Assembly (NCBI GenBank): GCA_963818475.1
Contig: CAWFSF010000006.1
Coordinates: 1,824,001 to 1,888,000 of the forward strand
DNA: 64,000 bases
Source: Nitrospirota bacterium
Lineage (GTDB): Bacteria > Nitrospirota > UBA9217
Direction of reading: 5' to 3'
Part shown: positions 19,373 through 30,643 of the stretch, piece after piece
How positions within the stretch are numbered: position 1 is the first letter of the stretch
Layout: each line of letters begins with the position of its first letter
Notes under the pieces: model-generated
Databases searched by the model: none
Told to the model about the DNA's origin: nothing
What the model saw: only the letters and a program-made list of their open reading frames with translations
Made by a program: the position numbers and the translations under genes

Positions 19373-20902
19373 TTAAATCCTTCTCTCGTATTCGCAGAAG
19401 GGGCACCGCCAGGCGTTCTCCGTCTGGTACCACTGCATTTTCTTACGGCAGACCGGGCAAGCCTTTTTTTTGGTCGAGGGCTGCTTATTGGACGATGATG
19501 ATTTCTTTTTTGATTCCTCGTTTTCGTTCGACGACAGGGATGTCAAAGAGTCGGCAAGGGGCGAAAATGGATCGAAAATCGGCGCCGAAGCTGGACCGGG
19601 CTTGGGTGCGTCCGTATGTTCTTTTTTTTCTTCGATTTTACCCTGGACTTCATTCTTTTTTAATTCTTCGTATGCGCAGGAATAACACTGCCACATTTCC
19701 TCATTACTGAGGAAGTCCATTCGCCCACCGCACATAGGGCATTTTTTCTGCCATTCCGTATCCTTCGGCGCAGAAGACTCACGGATTTCGATTTTCTGCT
19801 CGCCGACTTCTTTTTTCTCGCTGGGAATATCCCATTCAATAGAATTCCTATGCGGAGTGGGCTTCGGTGCGTTCGTCTGTTCACCTTTTTCTTCGTATGC
19901 ACAGGAATAACACTGCCACATTTTCTCATTAATGAGGAAGTCCATTCGCCCACCGCACATAGGGCATTTTTTCTGCCATTCCGTATCCTTCGGCGCAGAA
20001 GAATCAGGGACTTCGATTTTCTGCTCGCCGCTTTCCTTTTTCTCGATGGGAATATCCCATTCAATAGAATCCCTATGCGGAGTGGGCTTCGGTGCGTTCG
20101 TATGTTCACTTTTTTCTTCGATTTTACCCTGAACTTCATCCTCTTTTAATTCTTCGTATGCACAGGAATAACACATCCACATTTTCCCATCAATGAGGAA
20201 GTCCATTCGCCCACCGCACATAGGGCATTTTTTCTGCCATTCCGTATCCTTCGGCGCAGAAGACTCACGGATTTCGATTTTCTGCTCGCCGACTTCCTTT
20301 TTCTCGCTGGGAGTATCCCTGTGCGGGACTGGCTGAGCGGCCGCGCTTTCAGCAGCAAATTCCTCGACCTTTTTTTTGATATAGGTTATCTCCGCCCCGA
20401 TATCCGTAAAGAGTTCCCTCATGGCCTTCTCGACGAGTTCCATTTCCTTTTCACGTGTCGCCATGCCATTGAGGAGCCCTTTTTCTTCGCTTTCAAGCCA
20501 TACTATTCTTTCACGTAGTTTCGCTATCTCGCCTCTCATCTCCTGCGATTTGGTTTCCATGACCTTACGTTCGTCATGCCAGCCGGGGAGAGCAGGCATT
20601 AAGCCCTTCTCGAGTATTTTAAGCTCATCAAGCTGATTGTTGACTGCCGCAATGATCTCTTGCCGGCTTAGTTTCGAAGTCGTCGACAACGCCTTGATAG
20701 CGGCATTATAACGCTGTTTCTCCTCAGGAATGACTTCCCGGAACGATTCCTCGAGTCCACGGAATTTTCCGAATATTGTATCCTCGCCCTCAATTACTTT
20801 TTTTATTTCATCGCGTAGACGATGGATTTTGGATGATAGTTCTTCGTCTCCCTTCGATTTTCCAAAGAGATCGGCAACTATCCGGGAAAGGATTTCGTTC
20901 AT
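19373..20902 (-). CDS. Coiled-coil protein with four zinc-ribbon domains
   Basis: N-terminal coiled coil; three CPMC-x14-CYSC units and a terminal CPVC...CPFC; 509 aa, intact. Confidence 0.85.
   Translation of the reverse strand: MNEILSRIVADLFGKSKGDEELSSKIHRLRDEIKKVIEGEDTIFGKFRGLEESFREVIPEEKQRYNAAIKALSTTSKLSRQEIIAAVNNQLDELKILEKGLMPALPGWHDERKVMETKSQEMRGEIAKLRERIVWLESEEKGLLNGMATREKEMELVEKAMRELFTDIGAEITYIKKKVEEFAAESAAAQPVPHRDTPSEKKEVGEQKIEIRESSAPKDTEWQKKCPMCGGRMDFLIDGKMWMCYSCAYEELKEDEVQGKIEEKSEHTNAPKPTPHRDSIEWDIPIEKKESGEQKIEVPDSSAPKDTEWQKKCPMCGGRMDFLINEKMWQCYSCAYEEKGEQTNAPKPTPHRNSIEWDIPSEKKEVGEQKIEIRESSAPKDTEWQKKCPMCGGRMDFLSNEEMWQCYSCAYEELKKNEVQGKIEEKKEHTDAPKPGPASAPIFDPFSPLADSLTSLSSNENEESKKKSSSSNKQPSTKKKACPVCRKKMQWYQTENAWRCPFCEYERRI
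19666..20330. repeat. Three near-identical intragenic repeats (periods 225 and 261 bp)
   Basis: Copies start at 19666, 19891 and 20152 (cttcgtatgc...ggaagtccattcgcccaccgcacatagggcattttttctgccattccgtatccttcggcgcagaaga). Confidence 0.92.
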
Positions 20903-21113
20903 GTTTTTTCCTCAGTGCCCATTCATTTCCTCGCTTTAAAGTTCTGATAGCACATATTTCCAGATGATTTTATCCATCATTGAATATATTCAAAAACCGA
21001 TGTCAACAATGTCGAATGTGAGGGTCTACCACAGATACAGAATGTAGCCTGATGTGTTTTAAATAAATAAATACGACTACACTGAGTTCAGAAAGTTATC
21101 ATTGGCCCAGACC

Positions 21114-22151
21114 CTAGCCAGCGAAATGACTATATCCCGTCGGCTTTAGGACCGCCCGCTCGCCATTATCATTTAAAAACATCTTATTTCCAGCAATGAT
21201 CGTGCCGATCTGCGTAGATACTATTTTGAGAGAAAGGAACTTCTTGAGTTTTGAAGGCGGGAGAGTGAACAGAAGCTCATAATCCTCGCCTCCTGAGAGG
21301 GCGTAATGAAGCGGAATGGCATTTAGATGATAGGCTGCATTGCGCATATCTTCTGAAAAAGGTATCTGATCGGCACGGATCTCCGCACCTACCCTGCTCT
21401 CTTCGCAAATATGCCCGAGATCGGATGACAACCCATCGCTGATATCTATCATAGCTGTGGCGCAGCCGGAGAGAGCGATTTTCCTTCCCGATTCGATGCG
21501 CGGCACGGGTTGTAGGTGCCTCTTTATAAGCCGCGCAATTTCGGATTGAGAATTTCGGATTGCGGATTTATACCCTTTACCCTTGGACCCTGGATCCCGA
21601 ACCCTGGCCCCTGCCTTCAAAAGCTCCATCCCCGCGGCCGAATCCCCCAGCGTTCCGGTGACGAAAATAAGGTCTCCCGGGCGCGCCCCTGTCCTGGTAA
21701 GCATTTTCTTCTTTTCGACCTCTCCCAGGGCAGTGACGCTTATCACAAGGCCCTTTTCAGAGCCGCAGGTATCCCCGCCTACGAGGTCAACGCGGTATTT
21801 GCGGCAGAGGGCATTAAAGCCTTTATAGAACTCTTTGATCTGCTCCACGGAGATGCCTGCTGGGATGCCGAGCGCCGTGAGGCAGAAGCGGGGAACGCCT
21901 CCCATGGCGGCAATATCGCTCAGGTTCACGGCAGCGGATTTCCAGCCAAGAGAATAAAAATCTGTATAGGACAGGTCGAAATGCACGCCTTCGAGCAGCA
22001 TGTCGGTCGTGGTGAGCAGCTTTTTGGAAGGTGAGAGTGAAAGCGCGGCAGCATCGTCTCCGATGCCGATCAGCGTTGCAGGTGATCTGCCTTTGGATTG
22101 TTCTTTGATCTTCTTTATCAGGCCGAATTCGCCGAGGTCCGATATTTTCAT
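21114..22151 (-). CDS. thiL: Thiamine-monophosphate kinase
   Basis: GEFGLI, GIGDDAA, AVNLSDIAAMGG, VGGDT, IDISDGL, GGEDYEL. Confidence 0.96.
   Translation of the reverse strand: MKISDLGEFGLIKKIKEQSKGRSPATLIGIGDDAAALSLSPSKKLLTTTDMLLEGVHFDLSYTDFYSLGWKSAAVNLSDIAAMGGVPRFCLTALGIPAGISVEQIKEFYKGFNALCRKYRVDLVGGDTCGSEKGLVISVTALGEVEKKKMLTRTGARPGDLIFVTGTLGDSAAGMELLKAGARVRDPGSKGKGYKSAIRNSQSEIARLIKRHLQPVPRIESGRKIALSGCATAMIDISDGLSSDLGHICEESRVGAEIRADQIPFSEDMRNAAYHLNAIPLHYALSGGEDYELLFTLPPSKLKKFLSLKIVSTQIGTIIAGNKMFLNDNGERAVLKPTGYSHFAG
21537..21615. repeat. Heptamer arrays in frame inside thiL
   Basis: atttcgg-attgaga-atttcgg-attgcgg followed by taccctt-taccctt-ggaccct-ggatccc-gaaccct-ggcccct. Confidence 0.75.
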
Positions 22152-22274
22152 CGTTTAATTCGCAAAGATGCGTCTTTTTTAAACTCGAAAGAGTTGTATC
22201 TGTCTTTATCCGCGTTCAACACATATTATCCGCGGCAAATGCTCTTTTCAGGATAAACCGATTTGCCTTCCTAA

Positions 22275-22302
22275 CAAAAACCCCGCACCGAAGTGCGGGG
22301 CG
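22275..22302 (-). terminator. Intrinsic terminator downstream of lon
   Basis: Minus strand CCCCGCAC-TTCG-GTGCGGGG followed by TTTTTGTT. Confidence 0.75.
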
Positions 22303-22323
22303 TCGAATAGTGTTACTCCTGAT

Positions 22324-22348
22324 GGGCGGGTTTCAGACCCGCCCCTAC
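22324..22348 (-). repeat. GTAG-type REP-like palindrome
   Basis: GTAG-GGGCGGGT-CTGAA-ACCCGCCC; second copy at 28200-28228. Confidence 0.75.
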
Positions 22349-22361
22349 CTGATTCTTACGC

Positions 22362-24810
<2,449 letters not shown>

Positions 24811-24874
24811 GCCAGCCTCCTTGCGTCATGTATAATGACAATGTCCGGCCCCTCGCGCTCGTACGGGCGAGGGG

Positions 24875-25744
24875 TCACAGCTTTAACTTCTGCAGATACT
24901 GCCTGAACTCCGGGCCGAAATCCTTGTTCTTCAGCCCGAACTCCACCGTTGCCTTCAAAAAACCGAGTTTGTCGCCTGCGTCGTACCGGGTGCCCTCGAC
25001 CTCGTACGCGTAGATCGGTTGGTCCTCCATGAGCAGCCGGAGCCCGTCCGTCAACTGGATCTCGCCACCCTTGCCCGGTTTGGTCTGTTCAAGAGCGCGG
25101 AAGATTCCCGGAGAAAGGATATAGCGTCCGATGATAGCCAGGTTGGAAGGCGCCTTGTCAGGTGACGGCTTTTCGACCAGGTCCTTGACGAGGTAAACCC
25201 CGTTCTCGATCTTTTTTGCATCAATAATGCCGTAATGCTGCGTCTGGGACCGGGGAACCTTCTGGATGGCAAGGATCGTCGATGGGTACCGTTTGTAGAC
25301 CCCCATCATCTGTTTGAGTGCGGGAACCTCCGCATCGATGATATCATCGCCGAGCAGCACGGCAAAGGGTTCGTTGCCGACCACCAGCTTGGCCGTCAGC
25401 ACGGCATGTCCGAGACCGAGCGCCTTTTTCTGGCGGATATAGCAGAAGGTCACCAGGTTCGCGATGCGCTGGATCTCGGAAAGTAGTTTGTGCTTGCCCT
25501 TTGCCTTGAGATCTTCTTCGAGCTCGAAAGCCACGTCGAAGTGGTCCTCGATCGCGCGCTTCCCCCTGCCCGTGACCAGCACGATCTCCTCGATGCCGGA
25601 GGCAACGGCTTCCTCCACCACATACTGGATGAGCGGCTTGTCAACGAGCGCCAGCATTTCCTTGGGCGACGCCTTGGTTGCCGGCAGGAAGCGGGTACCC
25701 AGTCCGGCAGCGGGAAAAACCGCCTTCACGATGCCTGTGGTCAT
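24875..25744 (-). CDS. galU: UTP-glucose-1-phosphate uridylyltransferase
   Basis: KAVFPAAGLGTRFLPATKASPKEML, LGLGHAV, VEKP, GEIQLTD. Confidence 0.97.
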   Translation of the reverse strand: MTTGIVKAVFPAAGLGTRFLPATKASPKEMLALVDKPLIQYVVEEAVASGIEEIVLVTGRGKRAIEDHFDVAFELEEDLKAKGKHKLLSEIQRIANLVTFCYIRQKKALGLGHAVLTAKLVVGNEPFAVLLGDDIIDAEVPALKQMMGVYKRYPSTILAIQKVPRSQTQHYGIIDAKKIENGVYLVKDLVEKPSPDKAPSNLAIIGRYILSPGIFRALEQTKPGKGGEIQLTDGLRLLMEDQPIYAYEVEGTRYDAGDKLGFLKATVEFGLKNKDFGPEFRQYLQKLKL

Positions 25745-25804
25745 TCGTCACCTCTCCCTGGAACAATGAAATCAATCACTTGAGCACAGCGGGAACAGAT
25801 GTGC

Positions 25805-25833
25805 ATTCTATGAGACAATGCCCGAAAAGTCAA
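25805..25833 (-). promoter_or_regulatory. Putative sigma70 promoter of galU
   Basis: TTGACT-17 bp-TAGAAT. Confidence 0.6.
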
Positions 25834-25854
25834 GAACTAGAACCGAAACTGAGA

Positions 25855-27280
25855 CTACTTGGGGATCGGCACGCTCCCGATCAGATATTTCAGGTCCTCG
25901 TCATCGAACCGCAGCCCGACGCCGACAAAGGGCGCGGACCGCTTGGAGTTCAGGAAGTTGTCGATCCCGCCGTTCACGAACAGGGTATTGCCGAGCATAT
26001 AGCTCGCCGTTGCCTTCATATGAGCATTGATATTCTCCGACTCCCTGCTGTTAAAGTTCCAGGCGTCTACGCTCACTTTCATTTTGTCGCTGAACAGGAA
26101 GTAATCGCCGCCGATGCCGCCTGTGGACTCGATCAATCCAACGCGGAGCGCGGCATCGCCCCAGCGCTTGGCGAACATGAGGCTGAATTTGAAACGGTCC
26201 TCATAGGTCTCGGTCGTGACCGAACTGCCCGGCGTGGTGGTCATGGTGGTGCGTGCGTATTTGCCGTAGGGATCGTTGGTCATCTCGAAGATATAGTATT
26301 TATCCTTTTTGGGCTTGAGCTCAAGAGTAAAATAGCTTTTTGACTTCGGGAACATATATTCGGTGCGGAAGCCGACCACGGTCTGCATACGCTCGATCCG
26401 GGACGTATAGTCGCTGATCCCCTTGGCCGCGCTGTCGATATTGTTATACATGCTGTCGTCGCTGATCAGCTTGCCCAGCGTTCCCTCGCCGCGGTCCACC
26501 TTCCGGGCGACGCTCTCGATCGAGGCCAGGGCAAGCTCGGCGTTCCGCGATGCTTCCCGGATGTTCTCCATGCTTACTTTCAGGTTGTCCCGGTTCTCGC
26601 CCACGACGGCATTGAGGCTGTCGGCAAGTTCATTCAGCCGCATGACGAGTTCGCTCCCGTCGCCTTGAAGCGTGATGGAAAATTCCTTGATGTTCGCCAT
26701 GGTTTCGCGCAGATCGTGCAGGATGTCCTCCATGGACCGGGCACCTGCCTCGGTACCCAGGACCTGGCGCAACGACCCGGTCACCTCCTTGATGTCGCCC
26801 GCTATGCCGCTTAGCTGGTTAATGAGCTTATCCACGTCGCTGGGCGATACGGTCGCCTGGATCGTCTCTTCGGGCTGATAATAGCCGGGCTTCCCTGCCG
26901 CATCGGGCATGCTGCCCTCGGGACCGTCCGTCTCTCCGCTCCGGCGGAACAAGATCCACGAATTTATCCCCCAGGAGCCCCATGGTCTTGATCGTGGCCT
27001 CTGATCCGCGTTTTATCTGGATGTCCGGATCGATCCGCAAGATGACTTTGGCGCGGCTGTCGGAGAGTACCACGCGCTCGACCGTGCCGATCTTGACCCC
27101 GGCCATGCGAACGGCCGATTTTTCGTCAAGGCCTGCCACCGAGTCAAAGAGCGCCGAAAGCGTATACCCTTTTGCCTCGCCGAACTCGTACTTTCCTACC
27201 ATAAAGGTCATGATGAGGAGGGTGATCGATCCTACAATGACCAGCAACCCCACCTTTGCCTCTGCACTCAGATTAGCCAT
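25855..27280 (-). CDS. mlaD: MCE/MlaD protein with long helical region and C-terminal beta-rich domain (frameshift ~26940)
   Basis: TM anchor, FDSVAGL...VRMAGVKIG.V, GLLGDKFV; heptad region with GEGTLGKL; alternating-aromatic beta strands at the C-terminus. Confidence 0.88.
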
Positions 27281-27295
27281 GAAAACTCCCTGTTT

Positions 27296-27387
27296 ATTTC
27301 GGATTGCGGATTTCGGATTGCGGATTAAACTTCAAAAACGTTGAAGACCCAGACTTGTCTTTATTCCGCATTCCGCAATCCGCAATT
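27296..27387. repeat. Inverted heptamer-array element between mlaF and mlaD
   Basis: (ATTTCGG ATTGCGG)x2 ... ATTCCGC ATTCCGC AATCCGC AATT. Confidence 0.85.
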
Positions 27388-27392
27388 GAAAA

Positions 27393-28139
27393 TTAGTCCG
27401 CCGTTATCGGCCCTACCGCGCTCCCGGTAATGAACTGGTGCACGATGGGGTGCGAGGTCTGCCTGATCTCGTCGGGCGTTCCGATCTCGAGGATCTCGCC
27501 TTTATAGAGCATGGCGATGCGGTCCGAGATCTTGTACGCGCTGTGCATATCATGCGTGATCGCAACCGAGGTCACGCCGAGTTTTTTCCGCAGGTCGATG
27601 ATCAGGTCGTTGATGGCGTCGGCTGAAATGGGGTCCAGTCCCGTGGTCGGTTCATCATACAGGATAATGGACGGGTTGATGGCTATGGCCCGGGCCAGCC
27701 CGACCCTTTTTTTCATGCCGCCCGACAGCTCCGCGGGCATCTTGTCCTCAATGCCCTTGAGCCCCACGAGCGCGAGTTTTTCCGTCGCCATGGCGCGGAT
27801 CTCCCGGTCCGACATCTTGGTGTGCTGTTTCAGCGCAAAACCCACGTTCTCCCATACGCTCAGCGAATCGAAGAGCGCCGCCATCTGGAAGAGCATGCCG
27901 AACTTCTTGCGCACCTCGTTCAGGCCGTGCTGATCAAGGTTGTTCAGCTCCTGTCCGTCGATGATCACCCGGCCCTGGTCCGGGAACAGCAATCCGATGA
28001 TGTGCTTCAGCAGCACGCTTTTGCCGCTGCCGCTGCCGCCGATCACCGTCATGCTTTCGCCCTTCTCGACGGTGAGATTGACCCCGCGGAGCACGCGCTG
28101 CTCGCCAAATCCCTTATGGAGGTTGATGATCTCGATCAT
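27393..28139 (-). CDS. mlaF: MlaF/Mkl ABC transporter ATP-binding protein
   Basis: GGSGSGKS, LFQMAALFDSL, LSGGMKKR, YDEPTTGLDP. Confidence 0.93.
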   Translation of the reverse strand: MIEIINLHKGFGEQRVLRGVNLTVEKGESMTVIGGSGSGKSVLLKHIIGLLFPDQGRVIIDGQELNNLDQHGLNEVRKKFGMLFQMAALFDSLSVWENVGFALKQHTKMSDREIRAMATEKLALVGLKGIEDKMPAELSGGMKKRVGLARAIAINPSIILYDEPTTGLDPISADAINDLIIDLRKKLGVTSVAITHDMHSAYKISDRIAMLYKGEILEIGTPDEIRQTSHPIVHQFITGSAVGPITAD

Positions 28140-28176
28140 AATTATCAAAAAAAGTCAGAATTCAATCTCCGGTTTC

Positions 28177-28258
28177 AGACTCCTGACTCCCGCTCTTCTG
28201 TACGGGCGGGTTTCAAACCCGCCCCTACCTGCCCCGGGCCCCTGACTCCCGGCCTCTT
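28177..28258. repeat. GACTCCY heptamer array interrupted by a GTAG-type REP (28200-28228)
   Basis: gactcct-gactccc ... gtacgggcgggtttcaaacccgcccctac ... ggcccct-gactccc-ggcctct. Confidence 0.7.
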
Positions 28259-28265
28259 GTACTTA

Positions 28266-29036
28266 TTACCACAACAGCGCAGACAGGAAATAATCCAGAA
28301 TAAGAATCAGCATGCACGACACCACCACGGCCCCGGTCGTCGCCTTGCCCACTCCTTCCGCCCCGCCCTCGGTATTGAATCCTTTGTAGCAGCCGATGAG
28401 ACCCACCACCGCGCCGAACACCAGCGCCTTGATCAGCCCGTACCATATGTCGGAGACCTCGGTATTGTCGATGCTCTGGTTCACATAGGTGACCGGGTTC
28501 GTGCCGAGCACCTTGACTCCCACGAAGTAACCGCCGGAAATGCCGATGAGCATACCCATCACCGTGAGAAAGAACATCATGATCGTGCTCGCAACGAACC
28601 GCGGGACCACCAGATACTTCATGGGGCTCGTGGCCAGGGTCTCCATGGCGTCGATCTGCTCGGTCACTTTCATGGTCCCCAGCTCCGCCGCCATGGACGC
28701 GCCGGCCCTGCCCGCAACCATGAGCCCCGTCAGAACGGGACCCAGCTCGCGCGTCATGGACAGCGAAACAACGGTGCCGATGAGCGATTCCGCCCCGAAG
28801 CGCTTGAACCCCGTGTAGCTCTGAAGCGCCAGCACCATGCCCGTGGAAAGGGCAGTGGTCAGAACGACCGGAATGGAATTCACGCCGATCAGCTCCATCT
28901 GCTTCAACAGGTTCCTCACATAAAAGGGGCCGCTCATGGTCGCGCGAAGGGTCTGGCCCAGGAACATGAGGACCCTGCCGATCTCGGTCACCACGTCGGA
29001 CGTTCTGCTGCCCAGCATCTCAAGCAAGCGGATCAT
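28266..29036 (-). CDS. mlaE: MlaE ABC transporter permease
   Basis: RELGPVLT, AELGTMKVTEQIDA, GAEGVGKATT. Confidence 0.95.
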   Translation of the reverse strand: MIRLLEMLGSRTSDVVTEIGRVLMFLGQTLRATMSGPFYVRNLLKQMELIGVNSIPVVLTTALSTGMVLALQSYTGFKRFGAESLIGTVVSLSMTRELGPVLTGLMVAGRAGASMAAELGTMKVTEQIDAMETLATSPMKYLVVPRFVASTIMMFFLTVMGMLIGISGGYFVGVKVLGTNPVTYVNQSIDNTEVSDIWYGLIKALVFGAVVGLIGCYKGFNTEGGAEGVGKATTGAVVVSCMLILILDYFLSALLW

Positions 29037-29120
29037 GAATGAGGCCACCTTTACATATCGCGCATTCGGTTTACACCGGGCCATCAGAAAGCAGCCCGAA
29101 CTTTTTGTTGCTGACTTGTC

Positions 29121-30271
29121 TTATACGGAGACCCGCGGCACCCTGGCGCTGATCCCGCACAGCACCTCGTAGGGGATCGTCCCGGTCTTTGCCGCAAGGT
29201 CGGCGGCAGTGATCTTCTCGCTGCCCGAGGAGCCGATAAGCACTACCTCGTCGCCTTCACGGACGCCGGGGACATCGGTGACGTCGAGCATGGTCATGTC
29301 CATGCAGACCCGTCCCGCTACGGGCACCCGGACTCCCCGGACGAGCGCCTCGCCGCAGTTCGAAAGGCTGCGGCTGAAGCCGTCGGCATAGCCGATCGGG
29401 ATCGTGGCGATCAGGCTCTCGCGCCCGGTCACAAAGGTCCTGCCATAGCTGACCGGCGTGCCTGCAGGGAGTTGTTTCAGCAAAAAGATCTTCGTCGCGA
29501 GCGACAGGACCGGCTGCAGATCGGCGCCCGATGCAGTTCCTTCCACCGGGTCGTAACCGTACAGCATGAGCCCGGGCCTGACCATCGTGAACAGCGCCCG
29601 CTGATAATCAAGGATCGCTGCGCTGTTGGCTGCATGGCGGAGCGGAATGGAGATCCCCCGGTCAGCGAGGGCCCCCAGGAGCGTCTCGAACCGGTCCATC
29701 TGTTGGGCGGCGAACGCCTTGTCCCTGAGATCGGCATCCGCGAAGTGCGTCATCAGGCCCTCGACCACGATACCCTCGAGCGCCATGAGTTCCTGGATCA
29801 GGTCCGGAGCGGCCTCCGGTGAAACACCGGTCCTGCCCATGCCGGTATCGATCTTCACATGCACGGCAATGCGCAGGGAGCGCTTTCGCGCTGCATCGGC
29901 CAGGGCGCGCGCGACCCTGCGTTCGAGAGCGCAGGCGTCAAACGCCATGCCGCGACCGCGTCGGCCTGCTCGGGGAATACCGGGCCCATGACCAGGACCG
30001 GAGCATCGATCCCGGCCTCGCGCAGTTCTCTTCCCTCTTCGACCAGGGCGACGCCGAGCATGTGCGCTCCGCATCCCAGCAAATGCCGCGCTACGGGAAT
30101 TAGTCCGTGTCCGTACGCACGCGCCTTCACCACGGCAAGCACCTTGCGCCCGCCGGCACGGCGCGTCACCTCTTCGAAGTTATGCGTGAGCGCACTGAGC
30201 GATATACGCGCCACCGTCGGCCGATCTGCGCCGGCTCCCGCAGGCAACCCGGGAACCGAATGCAGCCGCAT
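29121..30271 (-). CDS. alr: Alanine racemase (frameshift ~29935)
   Basis: AVVKARAYGHG, HVKIDTGMGR, THFA, HAANSA, VRPG, GYADG, GRVCMD, TIPYE. Confidence 0.95.
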
Positions 30272-30468
30272 CAGTGGATGGTGCTCTCATTGATCTCCTC
30301 AAAGGCGCTGGATGCAGGCAGTATCTCTATCTTATCGAAAGACTGGGAACAGTCGAGGCAGTCCCAGTGATGAATGGTCCAGTATTCATAGTCCAGTTCG
30401 AGGCCATAGTCGTCTTCCTGGAAGAGGTTCGTTCCGCCGCAGTAAGGGCACATGATCGGTTCCGCCAT
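30271..30468 (-). CDS. Small acidic zinc-ribbon protein
   Basis: GGAGGA RBS; CPYC...CLDC; stop overlaps the alr start (TGATG). Confidence 0.7.
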   Translation of the reverse strand: MAEPIMCPYCGGTNLFQEDDYGLELDYEYWTIHHWDCLDCSQSFDKIEILPASSAFEEINESTIH

Positions 30469-30643
30469 CATTCCTCCGACATCCACGCACAGGATGCTGC
30501 AAAGCTGATACGGCAACGGGAGACTCGCCGTTGCCTTATGAGGACCGCAGCAGCATGAAAAATAAGCCGTTTTTCAGCATATTTGCTGAGTAACTGTATC
30601 ACAGCAAAGTTCATTTTGCAAAATAAATTTCGGCGGGGAGTGG

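Noticed and set aside
19666-20330. Possible CRISPR array
   Set aside because: Repeats are over 150 bp, in frame within a protein, lack unique spacers, and no cas genes are present.
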